Source: an uncultured Gemmatimonadota bacterium (lineage in GTDB: Bacteria > SM23-81 > DAOVCL01). Taken from it: a stretch of 64,000 bases of DNA. The DNA is taken from assembly GCA_964626665.1 (NCBI GenBank), contig CAZVGK010000002.1:32001-96000 (forward strand), in the 5' to 3' direction. The translations under genes were made by a program, and so were the position numbers. Position 1 is the stretch's first letter. Every line of letters starts with the position of its first letter. Below are positions 26,189 through 36,339 of the stretch, in pieces. The notes under the pieces are model-generated. The model was not told the DNA's origin. It searched no databases and saw only the letters and a list, made by a program, of their open reading frames with translations.

Positions 26189-28021
26189 ATGCGAGCATTA
26201 AACTTTAAGCTTGGCCTTTTCATCCTCTTCCTCCTCGGTCTGGTCCAGACTGGCTTTGGTGAGGGGCAGGAGGATACGTTGATGACTTACCGCCTACCGG
26301 AAATCGTGGTGACGGCTACAAGGACGGAAAGGGCGATAAGGGACCTCTCGGCGACGGTGAGCGTAATCTCCCGGGAGGAGATTGCAGCATCCAACGCCAA
26401 CTCTTGTACAGGCATTTTGAATACATTGCCCGGGCTCTTTGTGCAGCGCACAGGAGCCTTTGGCCGGGCCGATGTGGACATCAGAGGCTTAGGTGATGGT
26501 GGAAGGAGGGTAATGGTGCTTGTTGACGGGCGACCGGTAAAGATGGGGCTCTTCGGCTGCACGATTACTCACTCTCTTCCCCTGGACAATGTGGAGCGGG
26601 TTGAGGTGGTCAGGGGCCCGCTCTCCGTTCTCTATGGCTCAGATGCCCTGGGTGGAGTGATAAACATAATAACCAGGAAGCCCACAAAACCAAGGGAGAT
26701 GGATTACACCCTCTCCTTGGGCAGCAACCATACCTCCCAAAATCGGCTGCGAGTGGGTGGGGTGCACGGCCCCTGGGATCTCTATGCCACTGCGGACAGG
26801 AGGAGAAGCGATGGTTATCTGCCCCATTCCTCCTATAAGGGCAACGACTTCACTGCTCGGCTGGGCTACGAAATTACCGGCAATCTGGAGGCAGCCCTTA
26901 CCGGAAAATATTTTGATGGCTACAAAGAAGAACCGACTACCGACCCTGATACTATTTCGGAAACCTGGAATGACTACAAGAGGGGGGCGGTGGATTTAAC
27001 TCTCACCAGTAAATGGAAAAGGTGGAACGGCTTGATTAAGCTCTACCGCAATTTTGGCAAACACGAGCTCTCCGATGGCTGGCATTCCCAGGACTTCACC
27101 AATGGTGCCGTCTTCAACGGATCAGGCAAGGTTTTCCCTAACAACGAGCTCACCATTGGGGCGGAATTTCGACAGCAAGGCGGAAAGAGGATAAGCCAAC
27201 CCTTAGGTGAATGGGACAAGGCCGAGTATGCCCTTTTCCTTCATGATGAGCAGATCCTCTTTAGAAAAGTGATCCTTACCTATGGGGGAAGATACAACCA
27301 GGATGAGATCTCTGGCGGTGAATTCTCCCCTCAGGTGGGATTGGTCTTCCACCCCAGGGAGGGAACCGCAATCCGCGGGGCGGTGAACAAGGGCTTCCGT
27401 TCTCCCCAAATCAATGAGTTCTACCTCTTTCCCCCATCCAATACCAACCTCAAACCGGAGGAAGTCTGGAACTACGAGGTGGGATTTACCCAGCGGATCG
27501 TAGAAGGGGTGAAGGTGGAGCTTGTTGGTTATAGGATGAAGGGGAAAAACCTCATCCAGAAGGAGAAAGTTCCCGGACATACTCCCCCTTTCCAATTTCA
27601 AAACACTGGAAAATTCGAGTTCAAGGGAATGGATGTTGGCCTTAGGGTCCAGGTCAATAGGGAACTCTCCGGGAGGATCTACTACACCTACCTCGATCCA
27701 GGTGAAAAGACCACAGGAAGGCCCGGGGATAAGATCGATCTATCCTTGAGATATGCCGGAAAGAGGCTGCGGTTTTCCCTGACCGGTCAATATGTTGCCG
27801 ACTACTTCGCTGCGGATGATCGGAAGGAACCTATCCCAGATTACTTTATGGCCAATACCAAGCTGAGCTATGAGTTCATCCCTCATCTGGAAACCTTCTT
27901 CGCAGTCGACAACATCTTCGATAGAGAATATGAAATCTATGCGGACATCCCTGGTGACCAGGCGGGCCGTTATACAATGCCCAAAAGGGTTCTCACTATA
28001 GGGTTAAATCTCAAATACTAA
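26189..28021 (+). CDS. TonB-dependent receptor (BtuB/CirA-like)
   Basis: signal peptide, EIVVTATRT TonB box, plug IRG...LVDGRP...ERVEVVRGP.S.LYGSDALGGVINIIT, C-terminal aromatic residue. Confidence 0.93.
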   Translation: MRALNFKLGLFILFLLGLVQTGFGEGQEDTLMTYRLPEIVVTATRTERAIRDLSATVSVISREEIAASNANSCTGILNTLPGLFVQRTGAFGRADVDIRGLGDGGRRVMVLVDGRPVKMGLFGCTITHSLPLDNVERVEVVRGPLSVLYGSDALGGVINIITRKPTKPREMDYTLSLGSNHTSQNRLRVGGVHGPWDLYATADRRRSDGYLPHSSYKGNDFTARLGYEITGNLEAALTGKYFDGYKEEPTTDPDTISETWNDYKRGAVDLTLTSKWKRWNGLIKLYRNFGKHELSDGWHSQDFTNGAVFNGSGKVFPNNELTIGAEFRQQGGKRISQPLGEWDKAEYALFLHDEQILFRKVILTYGGRYNQDEISGGEFSPQVGLVFHPREGTAIRGAVNKGFRSPQINEFYLFPPSNTNLKPEEVWNYEVGFTQRIVEGVKVELVGYRMKGKNLIQKEKVPGHTPPFQFQNTGKFEFKGMDVGLRVQVNRELSGRIYYTYLDPGEKTTGRPGDKIDLSLRYAGKRLRFSLTGQYVADYFAADDRKEPIPDYFMANTKLSYEFIPHLETFFAVDNIFDREYEIYADIPGDQAGRYTMPKRVLTIGLNLKY

Positions 28022-28025
28022 CCCA

Positions 28026-28202
28026 ACGTTTCGGAATTCTTAGGAATTCAGAAACGTCGGGGGTCGTTTGAAGGGGGTAAGCCCCCCTTCAATCTTGGCA
28101 GCGGAGCAATCTGAGCTGGCGTAGGATTGTGGAGCGTCATAGGGTCGTGAGACCTTCTGGAGAAATTAGCGACCGAAGGGAGCTAAGTTCTGATGGGGGT
28201 TA
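28026..28202. repeat. ~175-bp multi-hairpin dispersed element, copy 2
   Basis: aligns to 8178-8355. Confidence 0.8.
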
Positions 28203-28603
28203 CACTGCAAGGGTGTAGCCCCCATTGCCCTAAAAGAGGGCATTGCTAAATCTGAAATCCCTTAGTTGGCTGGGAAATCTGCCCATTCTGAACAGTAAGC
28301 ATCCCTATTCCGGAGGCAAAAAGTAGCAGAAGAAGGTTTCTACCACCCCAAGGGAATCCTCGAGTAAGCCTGGGGAGAAGGATTCAACTGCACTTTAGTG
28401 TGGGTCACTATAGAGTGTGGTAACTCCTGTTGACGTATGCTGTGACAAGAGTCACAGCACTCCAAAGAGGCTACCCGTCCCGAACCGGAACGGGTCGGGA
28501 AAGCCCCAAAGAGGTTACCTCAGCTAAAGCCGGGTAGAAAGGGTCAACTTCCACCTTATTTGTTAAGAACTCGCCTTATGAATTCAGTCAGCCCTTTTTC
28601 CAC

Positions 28604-28632
28604 TTGCAATTGGAAGGGGATTTTGTTAATAT
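28604..28632 (+). promoter_or_regulatory. putative sigma70 promoter for the pdxA operon
   Basis: TTGCAA-N17-TAATAT with extended TG; very short leader. Confidence 0.45.
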
Positions 28633-28641
28633 TAGTCCACA

Positions 28642-29643
28642 ATGGTCCAGCCAACCATAGGAATTACCATGGGGGATCCCGGAGGGATTGGCCCAGAGGT
28701 GACCATCAAGGCCCTGCAAGACCCCCAGATTGATTTCCCCTTCCAACCCCTGCTTATCGGTTCCCAGGCAGTCTTCGAAAGGACTGCCCAGAGCCTCTCC
28801 TCTAAGCTTGAGTTTAAAACCTTAGAGGAGGTTGCAGAAATCCAGGGGGATGAGATTGGGGTTATAGACCCTGTGGACACCGCTCCCGGGGACCTGCCCG
28901 TAGGTAAGGTCTCCCCCATCTCCGGGAGGGCAGCAATGAAAGCCCTTATCCGGGGTATAGACCTGGTTCAAAAAGGGGTGATCGATGCTTTAGTCACCGG
29001 GCCGATATCTAAGCGGGCAGCCCATTTGGCCGGCTACCACTTCCCGGGACAGACGGAGCTTCTGGCCCATTATACCAGGACTTCCTCCTTTGTGATGATG
29101 CTGGCCAATCAAAAGTTAAGGGTGGCCCTGGTTACCACTCACCTTCCCCTCTCCCAGGTGAGCGATAACCTCTCCGTGGAGGTCATCCAGGACAAGCTCA
29201 GGGTAACCGACCAGGGGCTCAAGGACTATTTTGCCATCCCTTCCCCCAGGATAGGGGTGGCCGCACTAAACCCTCATGGGGGAGAGGGGGGGGATTTAGG
29301 GGAGGAGGAGATCAAATTTATCACCCCCGCTATAGAGAGGTCCCGGAAGGAAGGGATAGATGTCCAGGGGCCATTTCCCTGCGATACCCTCTTTACTCCT
29401 CCCTTTCTCTCGAGGTTTGATGCCATCTTGGCTATGTATCACGACCAGGGGCTCATCCCGGTAAAGTTACTCGGATTTGGCCAATCGGTGAATATCACTC
29501 TGGGATTGCCCATAATCAGGACATCCCCTGACCATGGGGTGGCCCTGGATATCGCTGGTCAGGGGAGGGCAGATCCGGGAAGTATGATCGCGGCCATTAG
29601 GATGGCCTACCTGATGAAGGAGGCCAGGGGTGCAAATTCTTAG
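28642..29643 (+). CDS. pdxA: 4-hydroxythreonine-4-phosphate dehydrogenase
   Basis: ITMGDPGGIGPE, LNPH.GE.G, AMYHDQGLIP.K, RTSPDHG.A.DIAG. Confidence 0.95.
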   Translation: MVQPTIGITMGDPGGIGPEVTIKALQDPQIDFPFQPLLIGSQAVFERTAQSLSSKLEFKTLEEVAEIQGDEIGVIDPVDTAPGDLPVGKVSPISGRAAMKALIRGIDLVQKGVIDALVTGPISKRAAHLAGYHFPGQTELLAHYTRTSSFVMMLANQKLRVALVTTHLPLSQVSDNLSVEVIQDKLRVTDQGLKDYFAIPSPRIGVAALNPHGGEGGDLGEEEIKFITPAIERSRKEGIDVQGPFPCDTLFTPPFLSRFDAILAMYHDQGLIPVKLLGFGQSVNITLGLPIIRTSPDHGVALDIAGQGRADPGSMIAAIRMAYLMKEARGANS

Positions 29644-30280
29644 CTTTGAGCGGGTAAGCCTCCGCTACCCGGGGGGGATTGAGGCCTTGCAGGAGGTAAG
29701 CTTTGCCCTAAATAAGGGTGAGCTGCTCACCTTAGTGGGGCCCAATGAATCAGGGAAGACCACCCTGCTCAAGCTTATCTATATGGAGCTTCTTCCCACC
29801 CGAGGAATTGTTAGGGTAAATGGGTTCTCCTCGAACAAAATAAGGCCCCGGGATATTCCCTATTTGAGGAGGAAGTTGGGAATAGTTCCGCAGACCACCG
29901 AGCTCCTGGAGGAAAGGGATGTCTTTGAGAATGTGGCCCTGGCTATGAGAGCGGTGGGAGGAAAGGGGATAAGGAGAAGGGTCTGGGAGGTGTTGGGCCA
30001 AACAGGCCTGAGCAGCAGAGCAAGGTCTTCACCCCAGCAGCTTTCGGGGGGAGAGACCAAGAGGGTGGCTATTGCCAGAGCCCTGGTGAACCAACCGCTC
30101 TTGCTTTTAGCCGATGAGCCCACCGGGGGGATAGACCGGGAGAGGGCAGAGGGGATTATCTCCCTCTTAAAGAGGATAAATTCTCAGGGGACGGCCATCC
30201 TCTTGGCCACCCAGGAGGAAAGGGGAGCGCAGCGCCTGGCCGGGGAAGTTCTGAGAATAACCAAGGGGAGGCTCATATAG
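29630..30280 (+). CDS. ftsE: cell division ATP-binding protein FtsE
   Basis: ABC motifs, IPYLRRKLG, LSGGE, LLADEPTG; precedes ftsX. Confidence 0.88.
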   Translation: MQILSFERVSLRYPGGIEALQEVSFALNKGELLTLVGPNESGKTTLLKLIYMELLPTRGIVRVNGFSSNKIRPRDIPYLRRKLGIVPQTTELLEERDVFENVALAMRAVGGKGIRRRVWEVLGQTGLSSRARSSPQQLSGGETKRVAIARALVNQPLLLLADEPTGGIDRERAEGIISLLKRINSQGTAILLATQEERGAQRLAGEVLRITKGRLI

Positions 30281-31129
30281 ATGGCCTCTACCTATATCTA
30301 TGGGATAAACGAGGCCCTCCGCAGTCTCAGAAGGTATCCCATCCGTTTCCTGGTCTCCCTCTGCACCATCTCCCTCTCCCTGCTTCTCTTGGGAGCCTTT
30401 CTCTGTTTGACTTTCAACCTGAGGTTTACCCTAGGAAACCTGAGGTCTAAGATAGAGATAGAGGCATTTCTCAAGGATGGGATTAGCAACTCCCAGCTTA
30501 AGGAGCTGGGCCAGAAGGTGAGGCAAATCACGGGAGTTAAGGATGTTATCCTGGTAAGTAAGGAGGAGGCCCTTCTTGAACTCCAGAGGGAGTTCGGCCA
30601 AAAGTTCACCGATGATTTAGGGACCAACCCCCTTCCCTCTTCTCTCCGGATAAGGCTCAGGGAGGGATGGCGTAAAGGGAAGATGGTGCAAGGGATAGCC
30701 GCAAGGGTAGATTCACTGGATGAAGTAGAGGAGGTGGAATATGGGGGGGAGTGGCTGGCCAGGCTGGACAGATTTGTCTTCAACCTTCTTTTACTTGACC
30801 TTATATTGGGAGTGATCATTGGACTTTCCTCCTTTATGTCGGTCTCCAATGTGGTGGGTAGAACCTTCCTTGCCCGGCGAAAGGAGGTGGAGATAATGAG
30901 GCTGGTGGGAGCTACCAACCGATTTATTCGGAGACCTTTCCTCTATGAAGGTCTTTTTCAGGGGCTTTTGGGTGGAATGATAGGAGCGGCTTTTCTCTAC
31001 CTCATCTTCCTTCTCCTCTCCCCGCAGCTCCCTTCTGGGGCGATGCTTCCCCCCCAGGTTTGCGGGCTGCAAATTGGCCTGGGAGCTGCATTTGGTGGTT
31101 TAGGAGGGAGGTTCTCCCTTGCTCGTTAG
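30281..31129 (+). CDS. ftsX: cell division permease FtsX
   Basis: VSKEEAL, NPLP.S, R..E.EIM.LVGAT..FIR.PF..EG. Confidence 0.9.
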   Translation: MASTYIYGINEALRSLRRYPIRFLVSLCTISLSLLLLGAFLCLTFNLRFTLGNLRSKIEIEAFLKDGISNSQLKELGQKVRQITGVKDVILVSKEEALLELQREFGQKFTDDLGTNPLPSSLRIRLREGWRKGKMVQGIAARVDSLDEVEEVEYGGEWLARLDRFVFNLLLLDLILGVIIGLSSFMSVSNVVGRTFLARRKEVEIMRLVGATNRFIRRPFLYEGLFQGLLGGMIGAAFLYLIFLLLSPQLPSGAMLPPQVCGLQIGLGAAFGGLGGRFSLAR

Positions 31130-32285
31130 GTTGGCCTGCAAGATTCCCCTTCTCTTTCTCCTCTTGAGCTTAAGGGTGGCGGGAGCGGAAATTGAGGACT
31201 ATGACCGGAAGCTGGCCCACCAGGAGGGGAAATTGGCCAAGACAAGGAAGGAGCTGGCCCAGAAGAGGAAGGAGGCAAAGAATCTGGCCAAAAAGGAGAA
31301 AAGCTTCCTCGCCCAACTTGAGGATGTGGAGAAGAGGCTGGAACTCTCCCAGGCCCTCATCCGCGGTCTGGCCAAAAAGGAAGAGTTACTCAAAGGTTCC
31401 ATCGCCCAACTTAATGAAAACCTCAAGGTCCTGGAAAAGGACTTGGGAAAGAGGAGAAACGGCTGGTCAAGGAGGGTAAGGGATATCTGTGAAAGGGGGA
31501 AGATAAGCGATTTGGAGCTCCTCTTCTCCTCTCAGTCCCTCCCCCAACTCCTCTCCCGAGAGAGATTCCTTGCCCTGATCGCCCGTGGAGACAGGATGTA
31601 CCTCCAGGAACTGAGCTCCCAAAGGAAGACCCTCTTGGAGGAAAAGGAAAAGCTAAGGGCAGAGAAATTGGGGGTGGAGGAGGCAAAGGGGGAGAGGGAA
31701 AAGGAGAAGATTGCCTTAAGGAGGGATTATAAGAGGAGGCAGAAGCTCCTCCGCAAAGTGAAGCTAAAGAAGGCAAACTATGCCCAAGCCATCAGTGATT
31801 TAGAATCAAGTTCCCAGCAGATTCAGAGGATAATAAATGACCTGCAAAAGCAGAGGAGGGAATACTTAGCCCAGGGTTCATTTGCCGCCCAGAAAGGTCA
31901 TCTCCCCTGGCCAGTTGTAGGGAAGGTTGTCTCTAAATTCGGCAGACACCTTCACCCCGTATTCCAGACGGTCACCTTTAACGAGGGGGTGGAGATAAAG
32001 GCCACACTGGGCTCTGAAGTGAAGTCCGTCTTTGCCGGTCAGGTCCTCTACGAGGGGTGGCTAAGGGGTTATGGGAGGTTCCTGATCATCGGCCACGGCT
32101 GGGGCTACTACACCCTCTATGCCCACCTCTCCCAGACCCTGGTGGTTAAGGGGGAAAGGGTGAAAGAGGGGGAACCGGTGGCCCTTTTGGGGGAGACGGG
32201 TTCGCTCTCTGGCCCGCAGCTTCATTTTGAGGTGAGAAAAGGAAAGAAAAGACTGGATCCGTTGCAATGGTTAAGAAAGAGGTAG
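31119..32285 (+). CDS. envC: murein hydrolase activator EnvC-like (coiled coil plus M23)
   Basis: coiled coil, LPWPV.G, GYG...II.HG.GY.TLYAHL, LHFEVR; follows ftsEX. Confidence 0.88.
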   Translation: MLVRLACKIPLLFLLLSLRVAGAEIEDYDRKLAHQEGKLAKTRKELAQKRKEAKNLAKKEKSFLAQLEDVEKRLELSQALIRGLAKKEELLKGSIAQLNENLKVLEKDLGKRRNGWSRRVRDICERGKISDLELLFSSQSLPQLLSRERFLALIARGDRMYLQELSSQRKTLLEEKEKLRAEKLGVEEAKGEREKEKIALRRDYKRRQKLLRKVKLKKANYAQAISDLESSSQQIQRIINDLQKQRREYLAQGSFAAQKGHLPWPVVGKVVSKFGRHLHPVFQTVTFNEGVEIKATLGSEVKSVFAGQVLYEGWLRGYGRFLIIGHGWGYYTLYAHLSQTLVVKGERVKEGEPVALLGETGSLSGPQLHFEVRKGKKRLDPLQWLRKR

Positions 32286-33382
32286 AGGAACCTTTCCCTC
32301 AGGTTATCGGCCAGAAAAGGCCAAAGCTCATCCTCTGGAGGGCACTAAAAAGGGAAAGGTTGGCCCATTCCTATCTTTTCTATGGTGGGTGGGGTGTGGG
32401 AAAGGATACCCTGGCCCTGGAGCTGGCCAAGGCGGTGAACTGCCAGGGGGAGAAAAGGCCCTGTGGGATCTGTCAGAGCTGTAATTGGGTAGCCAAGAAC
32501 AGTCATCCTGACCTTATCTTCCTCCAACCTCTTCCCAAGAACCTTCCCCCTGAGGAGGTGGGGAGGTTGGCCCAGAAAAGGATCCAGAACCCATACAGTG
32601 AGGAGGAAATGGAAGGTTCTCTCTCTATCTCCATCAATGCCATAAGGGCGATGGAGAAGTGGGCAACTCAGAAACCTTTTATGGGGAGGAGAAGGGTGGT
32701 GATCATCTCCCACTGTGATAGGTTAACTACCCCCGCGGCCAATGCCTTGCTCAAATCACTGGAAGAACCCCCGCCCTACCTCCTCTATCTCCTCACCACC
32801 TCTCACCCTCCAGCCCTTCCCCTGACCATCAGATCCAGGTGTCAACTTGTCAGGTTGGGGAAGCTCTCCACATCGGAGATAGATTCGGCTTTAAGAGGAA
32901 GGCTCTCCCTTTCCCCCTCTCAGGCTAAGCTTCTCTCCCACTTAGCGGAGGGAAGCCTGGGTAAAGCCCTGCGACTGCACCAGGAGGGATGGCAAAAGTT
33001 AAGGAGGGAGGCCTTCTCTCTCTTAGAGGAGGCCCTCTGGGGGGAACCTCTCATGGTTGTGAACTCCATTGAGAGCAGGTTTAAAGGGAAGGAAAGGATG
33101 AAAGCCAGGGAGGTACTGGAGGTTCTTTTCTCCTGGTATAGGGATCTCCTCCTCATCTCCCAGGGGAGGGAGGAGCTTGTTACCAATGAAGATCAGATGG
33201 AGAGGTTACGGAAGGAGTCGGGGAAGGTTTCCCTGACCAAGATAGAGGGGTCTTTGGCCAAGTTAAGGGAAGCTCAGACTGCCATTAGGTTCAACGCCAA
33301 CCTGAGGCTTGGGTTGCTCATTACCTTTCTTGGTCTGAGGAGGATAGTCAGAGATGAGGGAGATATTTCAGATAGGCTTTAG
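32267..33382 (+). CDS. holB: DNA polymerase III delta' subunit
   Basis: HSYLF.G..GVGK, CG.C.SC, HPD, AANALLK.LEEPP, TIRSRCQ. Confidence 0.92.
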   Translation: MVKKEVEEPFPQVIGQKRPKLILWRALKRERLAHSYLFYGGWGVGKDTLALELAKAVNCQGEKRPCGICQSCNWVAKNSHPDLIFLQPLPKNLPPEEVGRLAQKRIQNPYSEEEMEGSLSISINAIRAMEKWATQKPFMGRRRVVIISHCDRLTTPAANALLKSLEEPPPYLLYLLTTSHPPALPLTIRSRCQLVRLGKLSTSEIDSALRGRLSLSPSQAKLLSHLAEGSLGKALRLHQEGWQKLRREAFSLLEEALWGEPLMVVNSIESRFKGKERMKAREVLEVLFSWYRDLLLISQGREELVTNEDQMERLRKESGKVSLTKIEGSLAKLREAQTAIRFNANLRLGLLITFLGLRRIVRDEGDISDRL

Positions 33383-34175
33383 GGGCTGGAGGAAAGGGTA
33401 TTTCCTTAATTCCAAGTCCCTACAGCTACAGATAGGAGATTGGGTGCTGGTCAGTGCGGGGAAGGGAGAGGATATGGGGAAGGTAATCAAGAAGGCCTCT
33501 GTCAGGGACGGTTTCTCCCCTTCCCAGGAGATCCTGAGGAAGGCAACCGCAGAGGATATGGAGAGAATGGAAGAGAACAGGGAGAAGGAAAGGGAAGCCA
33601 GGGGAATCTGCCAAGCGCGGATCGAGGAGAGAAATCTCCCGATGAAGCTTGTCGATGTGGAATATCAGTTCGATGGGAACAAGCTGATTTTCTACTTCAT
33701 CTCCGAGGAGAGGATTGACTTCCGGGGGCTGGTCAGAGAGCTGGCCTCTGTCTACAAGACCAGGATAGAAATGAAGCAGATAGGGGTTAGGGATCAAGCA
33801 AAGAGGATGGGGGGCTATGGGATCTGTGGCCGTCCCCTTTGTTGTGCTACCTTCTTAGAGGATTTTGAACCCATAACAACCCAGTTGGCCAAAGGACAAA
33901 ATCTTACCCTTATCCCTTCCAAGATATCCGGGGTTTGTGGGAGGCTTATGTGTTGTCTTCTCTTCGAGCGGAAACTCTACGAAGAGGAACTGAAGAAATA
34001 TCCCCGTATCGGAGCCAAACTGCATACGGAAAAGGGGCCAGGCGTGGTGGAAAAGGTGGACATATTCAGCGAGAAGGTAACGATTGCCCACACAGATGGG
34101 ATAATCGAGGAGTTACCCCTTTCTGAGCTGCGTAAGCCAGCGAGGAAGGGCCGAAGCTTTTTCAGAAGAAGGTAG
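33354..34175 (+). CDS. ricT: PSP1/RicT (YaaT) protein
   Basis: RIDFR.LV.ELA..Y.TRIE..QIGVRD, CGR.LCC, SG.CGRLMCCL. Confidence 0.92.
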   Translation: MREIFQIGFRGWRKGYFLNSKSLQLQIGDWVLVSAGKGEDMGKVIKKASVRDGFSPSQEILRKATAEDMERMEENREKEREARGICQARIEERNLPMKLVDVEYQFDGNKLIFYFISEERIDFRGLVRELASVYKTRIEMKQIGVRDQAKRMGGYGICGRPLCCATFLEDFEPITTQLAKGQNLTLIPSKISGVCGRLMCCLLFERKLYEEELKKYPRIGAKLHTEKGPGVVEKVDIFSEKVTIAHTDGIIEELPLSELRKPARKGRSFFRRR

Positions 34176-34199
34176 GTAAATAAGAACCAGCAAGCGGTT

Positions 34200-34397
34200 G
34201 TCGGTATTCAGTATTCAGGAATCAGCGATCAGTATTCGGGGGTCAGTTTACAGGAGGCAGGAAGAATTTTTGACGACTGACAACTGATAGCTGTCGACTA
34301 ACAACTGACTACTGACAGCCGACTACTGTTTGTAGGCTGACTGCTGATTTCTGACAACTGGTGACCGACTACTGTCTACTGCCTGCTGTAAACTGTA
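34200..34397. repeat. empty heptamer-armed element (NNNTCAG left arm, CTGANNN right arm)
   Basis: 7-nt periodic TATTCAG/GAATCAG/CGATCAG then CTGACAA/CTGATAG/CTGACTA runs. Confidence 0.8.
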
Positions 34398-34415
34398 TAA
34401 ATCAACGGAGGTTTT

Positions 34416-36281
34416 ATGGCCCGTTACATAACCACTCCTTTGTATTATGTTAACGCTGAACCCCATATTGGTCATGCCTATACAACTGTATTGGCCGATG
34501 TCTTAGCCCGCTACGGGAGAATGGGCAAGGGGGAGACCTTCTTCCTCACCGGCACTGATGAACATGGACAAAAGCTTGCCGATGCGGCAGAGAGAAAAGG
34601 GTTATCCCCATTGAAGTTTTGCGACCAGATGGTCGAGAGGTTCCAGGATCTCTGGAGGCTTTTGGGTATTGAATATGACGATTTCATCAGGACCACAGAG
34701 GGAAGACATGAGAGGGTAGTAAAAGCGATCCTGACCGACCTCTACCAAGGGGGGGAGATCTACAAAGGACAATATAACGGCTGGTATTGTGTGCCTGATG
34801 AGAGGTTCTGGACTGAAAAGGACCTCATTGATGGACGCTGCCCTGACTGTGGCCGGGAGGTGATTAGGCTGACTGAGACCAACTATTTCTTCCGGATGTC
34901 CGCATATCAGGATTGGCTGGTAAAATATATTGAGACACACCCGGACTTTATCCTTCCTCTTAGCCGGAGGAATGAGGTGTTGGGGTTTTTAAGGAAACCC
35001 TTAGGGGACCTCTGCATCTCCCGACCTAAGTCCAGGCTCAATTGGGGGATAGAGCTCCCCTTTGATCCAGATTATGTCTGTTATGTCTGGTTCGATGCCC
35101 TCCTCAATTACATCTCCGCCCCGGGGTATCTCTTCGCGCCAAAAAGGTTCGATGGGCTCTGGCCGGCCACCTATCAGCTCATTGGCAAGGATATTCTTAC
35201 TACCCATGCCGTCTATTGGCCCATAATGCTCAAGGCCATTGGCCTTCAGCCTCCCCAGACCATCATCGCCCATGGCTGGTGGCTTGTAGGGGAGAAAAAG
35301 ATGTCCAAGTCGCGGGGAAATGTGATCAACCCAGCGGAATTGGCCAAAACCTATGGGGTTAATGGCTTTCGCTACTTCCTGATGAGAGAGATGACCTTGG
35401 GACAGGATGCCGGCTTTAGTGAGGAGGCCTTGGTGAGGAGGTTAAACAGCGATCTGGCCAATGACTTGGGAAATTTGGAGAGCAGGCTCTTAAAGATGGT
35501 CACGGGCTGGTGGGAGGGAAGAATCCCTCCGCCGAAGGACTATCAAAAGGAGGATGAGGAGCTCAAGAGGTTGGCCTGCGAGGTAGCCGGGAAGGTAAGG
35601 AATTTAGTGGGTAAACTCAAGATCGATGGGGCCATTGAGGAGACATTTAGGCTGATTAGGGCCACCAACAGGTATTTGGAGGTCACCTCCCCCTGGAGGC
35701 TGCAGAAGGAAGGAAAGAGGGAACGGTTGAGAACTGTCCTCTATATGGGCTGTGAGGCCCTCCGGATAGTCTCCTTTCTCCTGAGTCCGGTTATGCCGGA
35801 GAGCTGTAGAAAGATCCAAGAGAGGTTGGGAATGGATGAAGTGCCACCCTCCTGGGATGATGCCCAAAGATGGGGGCTCCTCTCCCCTGAGAGCAGGGTG
35901 AAGCGGGGGGAACCCCTCTTCCCGCGCATAAAATATACGGAGAAAAGGGAGGAGGAAGAGATAGTCAGTTGGGAGGAATTTAACAGGCTTGATCTACGCA
36001 CGGCTGAGGTAGTAGAGGCAGAAAGGGTAGCGGGGACGGACAAGCTGCTCAAGCTGAAGATAGACCTGGGCGGTGAACCAAGGCAGATAGTTGCAGGGAT
36101 TGCTCATCGCTACCCACCCGAGAACCTGATCGGCAAGCAGATAGTGGTGGTGGCTAACCTCCAACCAGCAGTGATCAGGGGGGTGCAATCCCGCGGGATG
36201 TTGCTGGCTGCGGTTTCCGGAAAGGACCTCGTCCTCATCAGGCCAGATGGGAAGATCCCCGCGGGAGCACGGGTAAAATAA
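34416..36281 (+). CDS. metG: methionyl-tRNA synthetase with C-terminal tRNA-binding domain
   Basis: HIGH, TGTDEHG.K, YVWFDAL, KMSKS, Trbp111-like tail. Confidence 0.97.
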   Translation: MARYITTPLYYVNAEPHIGHAYTTVLADVLARYGRMGKGETFFLTGTDEHGQKLADAAERKGLSPLKFCDQMVERFQDLWRLLGIEYDDFIRTTEGRHERVVKAILTDLYQGGEIYKGQYNGWYCVPDERFWTEKDLIDGRCPDCGREVIRLTETNYFFRMSAYQDWLVKYIETHPDFILPLSRRNEVLGFLRKPLGDLCISRPKSRLNWGIELPFDPDYVCYVWFDALLNYISAPGYLFAPKRFDGLWPATYQLIGKDILTTHAVYWPIMLKAIGLQPPQTIIAHGWWLVGEKKMSKSRGNVINPAELAKTYGVNGFRYFLMREMTLGQDAGFSEEALVRRLNSDLANDLGNLESRLLKMVTGWWEGRIPPPKDYQKEDEELKRLACEVAGKVRNLVGKLKIDGAIEETFRLIRATNRYLEVTSPWRLQKEGKRERLRTVLYMGCEALRIVSFLLSPVMPESCRKIQERLGMDEVPPSWDDAQRWGLLSPESRVKRGEPLFPRIKYTEKREEEEIVSWEEFNRLDLRTAEVVEAERVAGTDKLLKLKIDLGGEPRQIVAGIAHRYPPENLIGKQIVVVANLQPAVIRGVQSRGMLLAAVSGKDLVLIRPDGKIPAGARVK

Positions 36282-36339
36282 AGGAACAGGGTCATCCAGG
36301 TGCCCCCAAAATCTTGCTGAATAAAGGAGATATTATCCT

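Noticed and set aside
34200-34397. CRISPR array in the periodic intergenic tracts
   Set aside because: The period is 7 nt and degenerate, with no constant 25-40 bp repeat, no unique spacers and no cas genes
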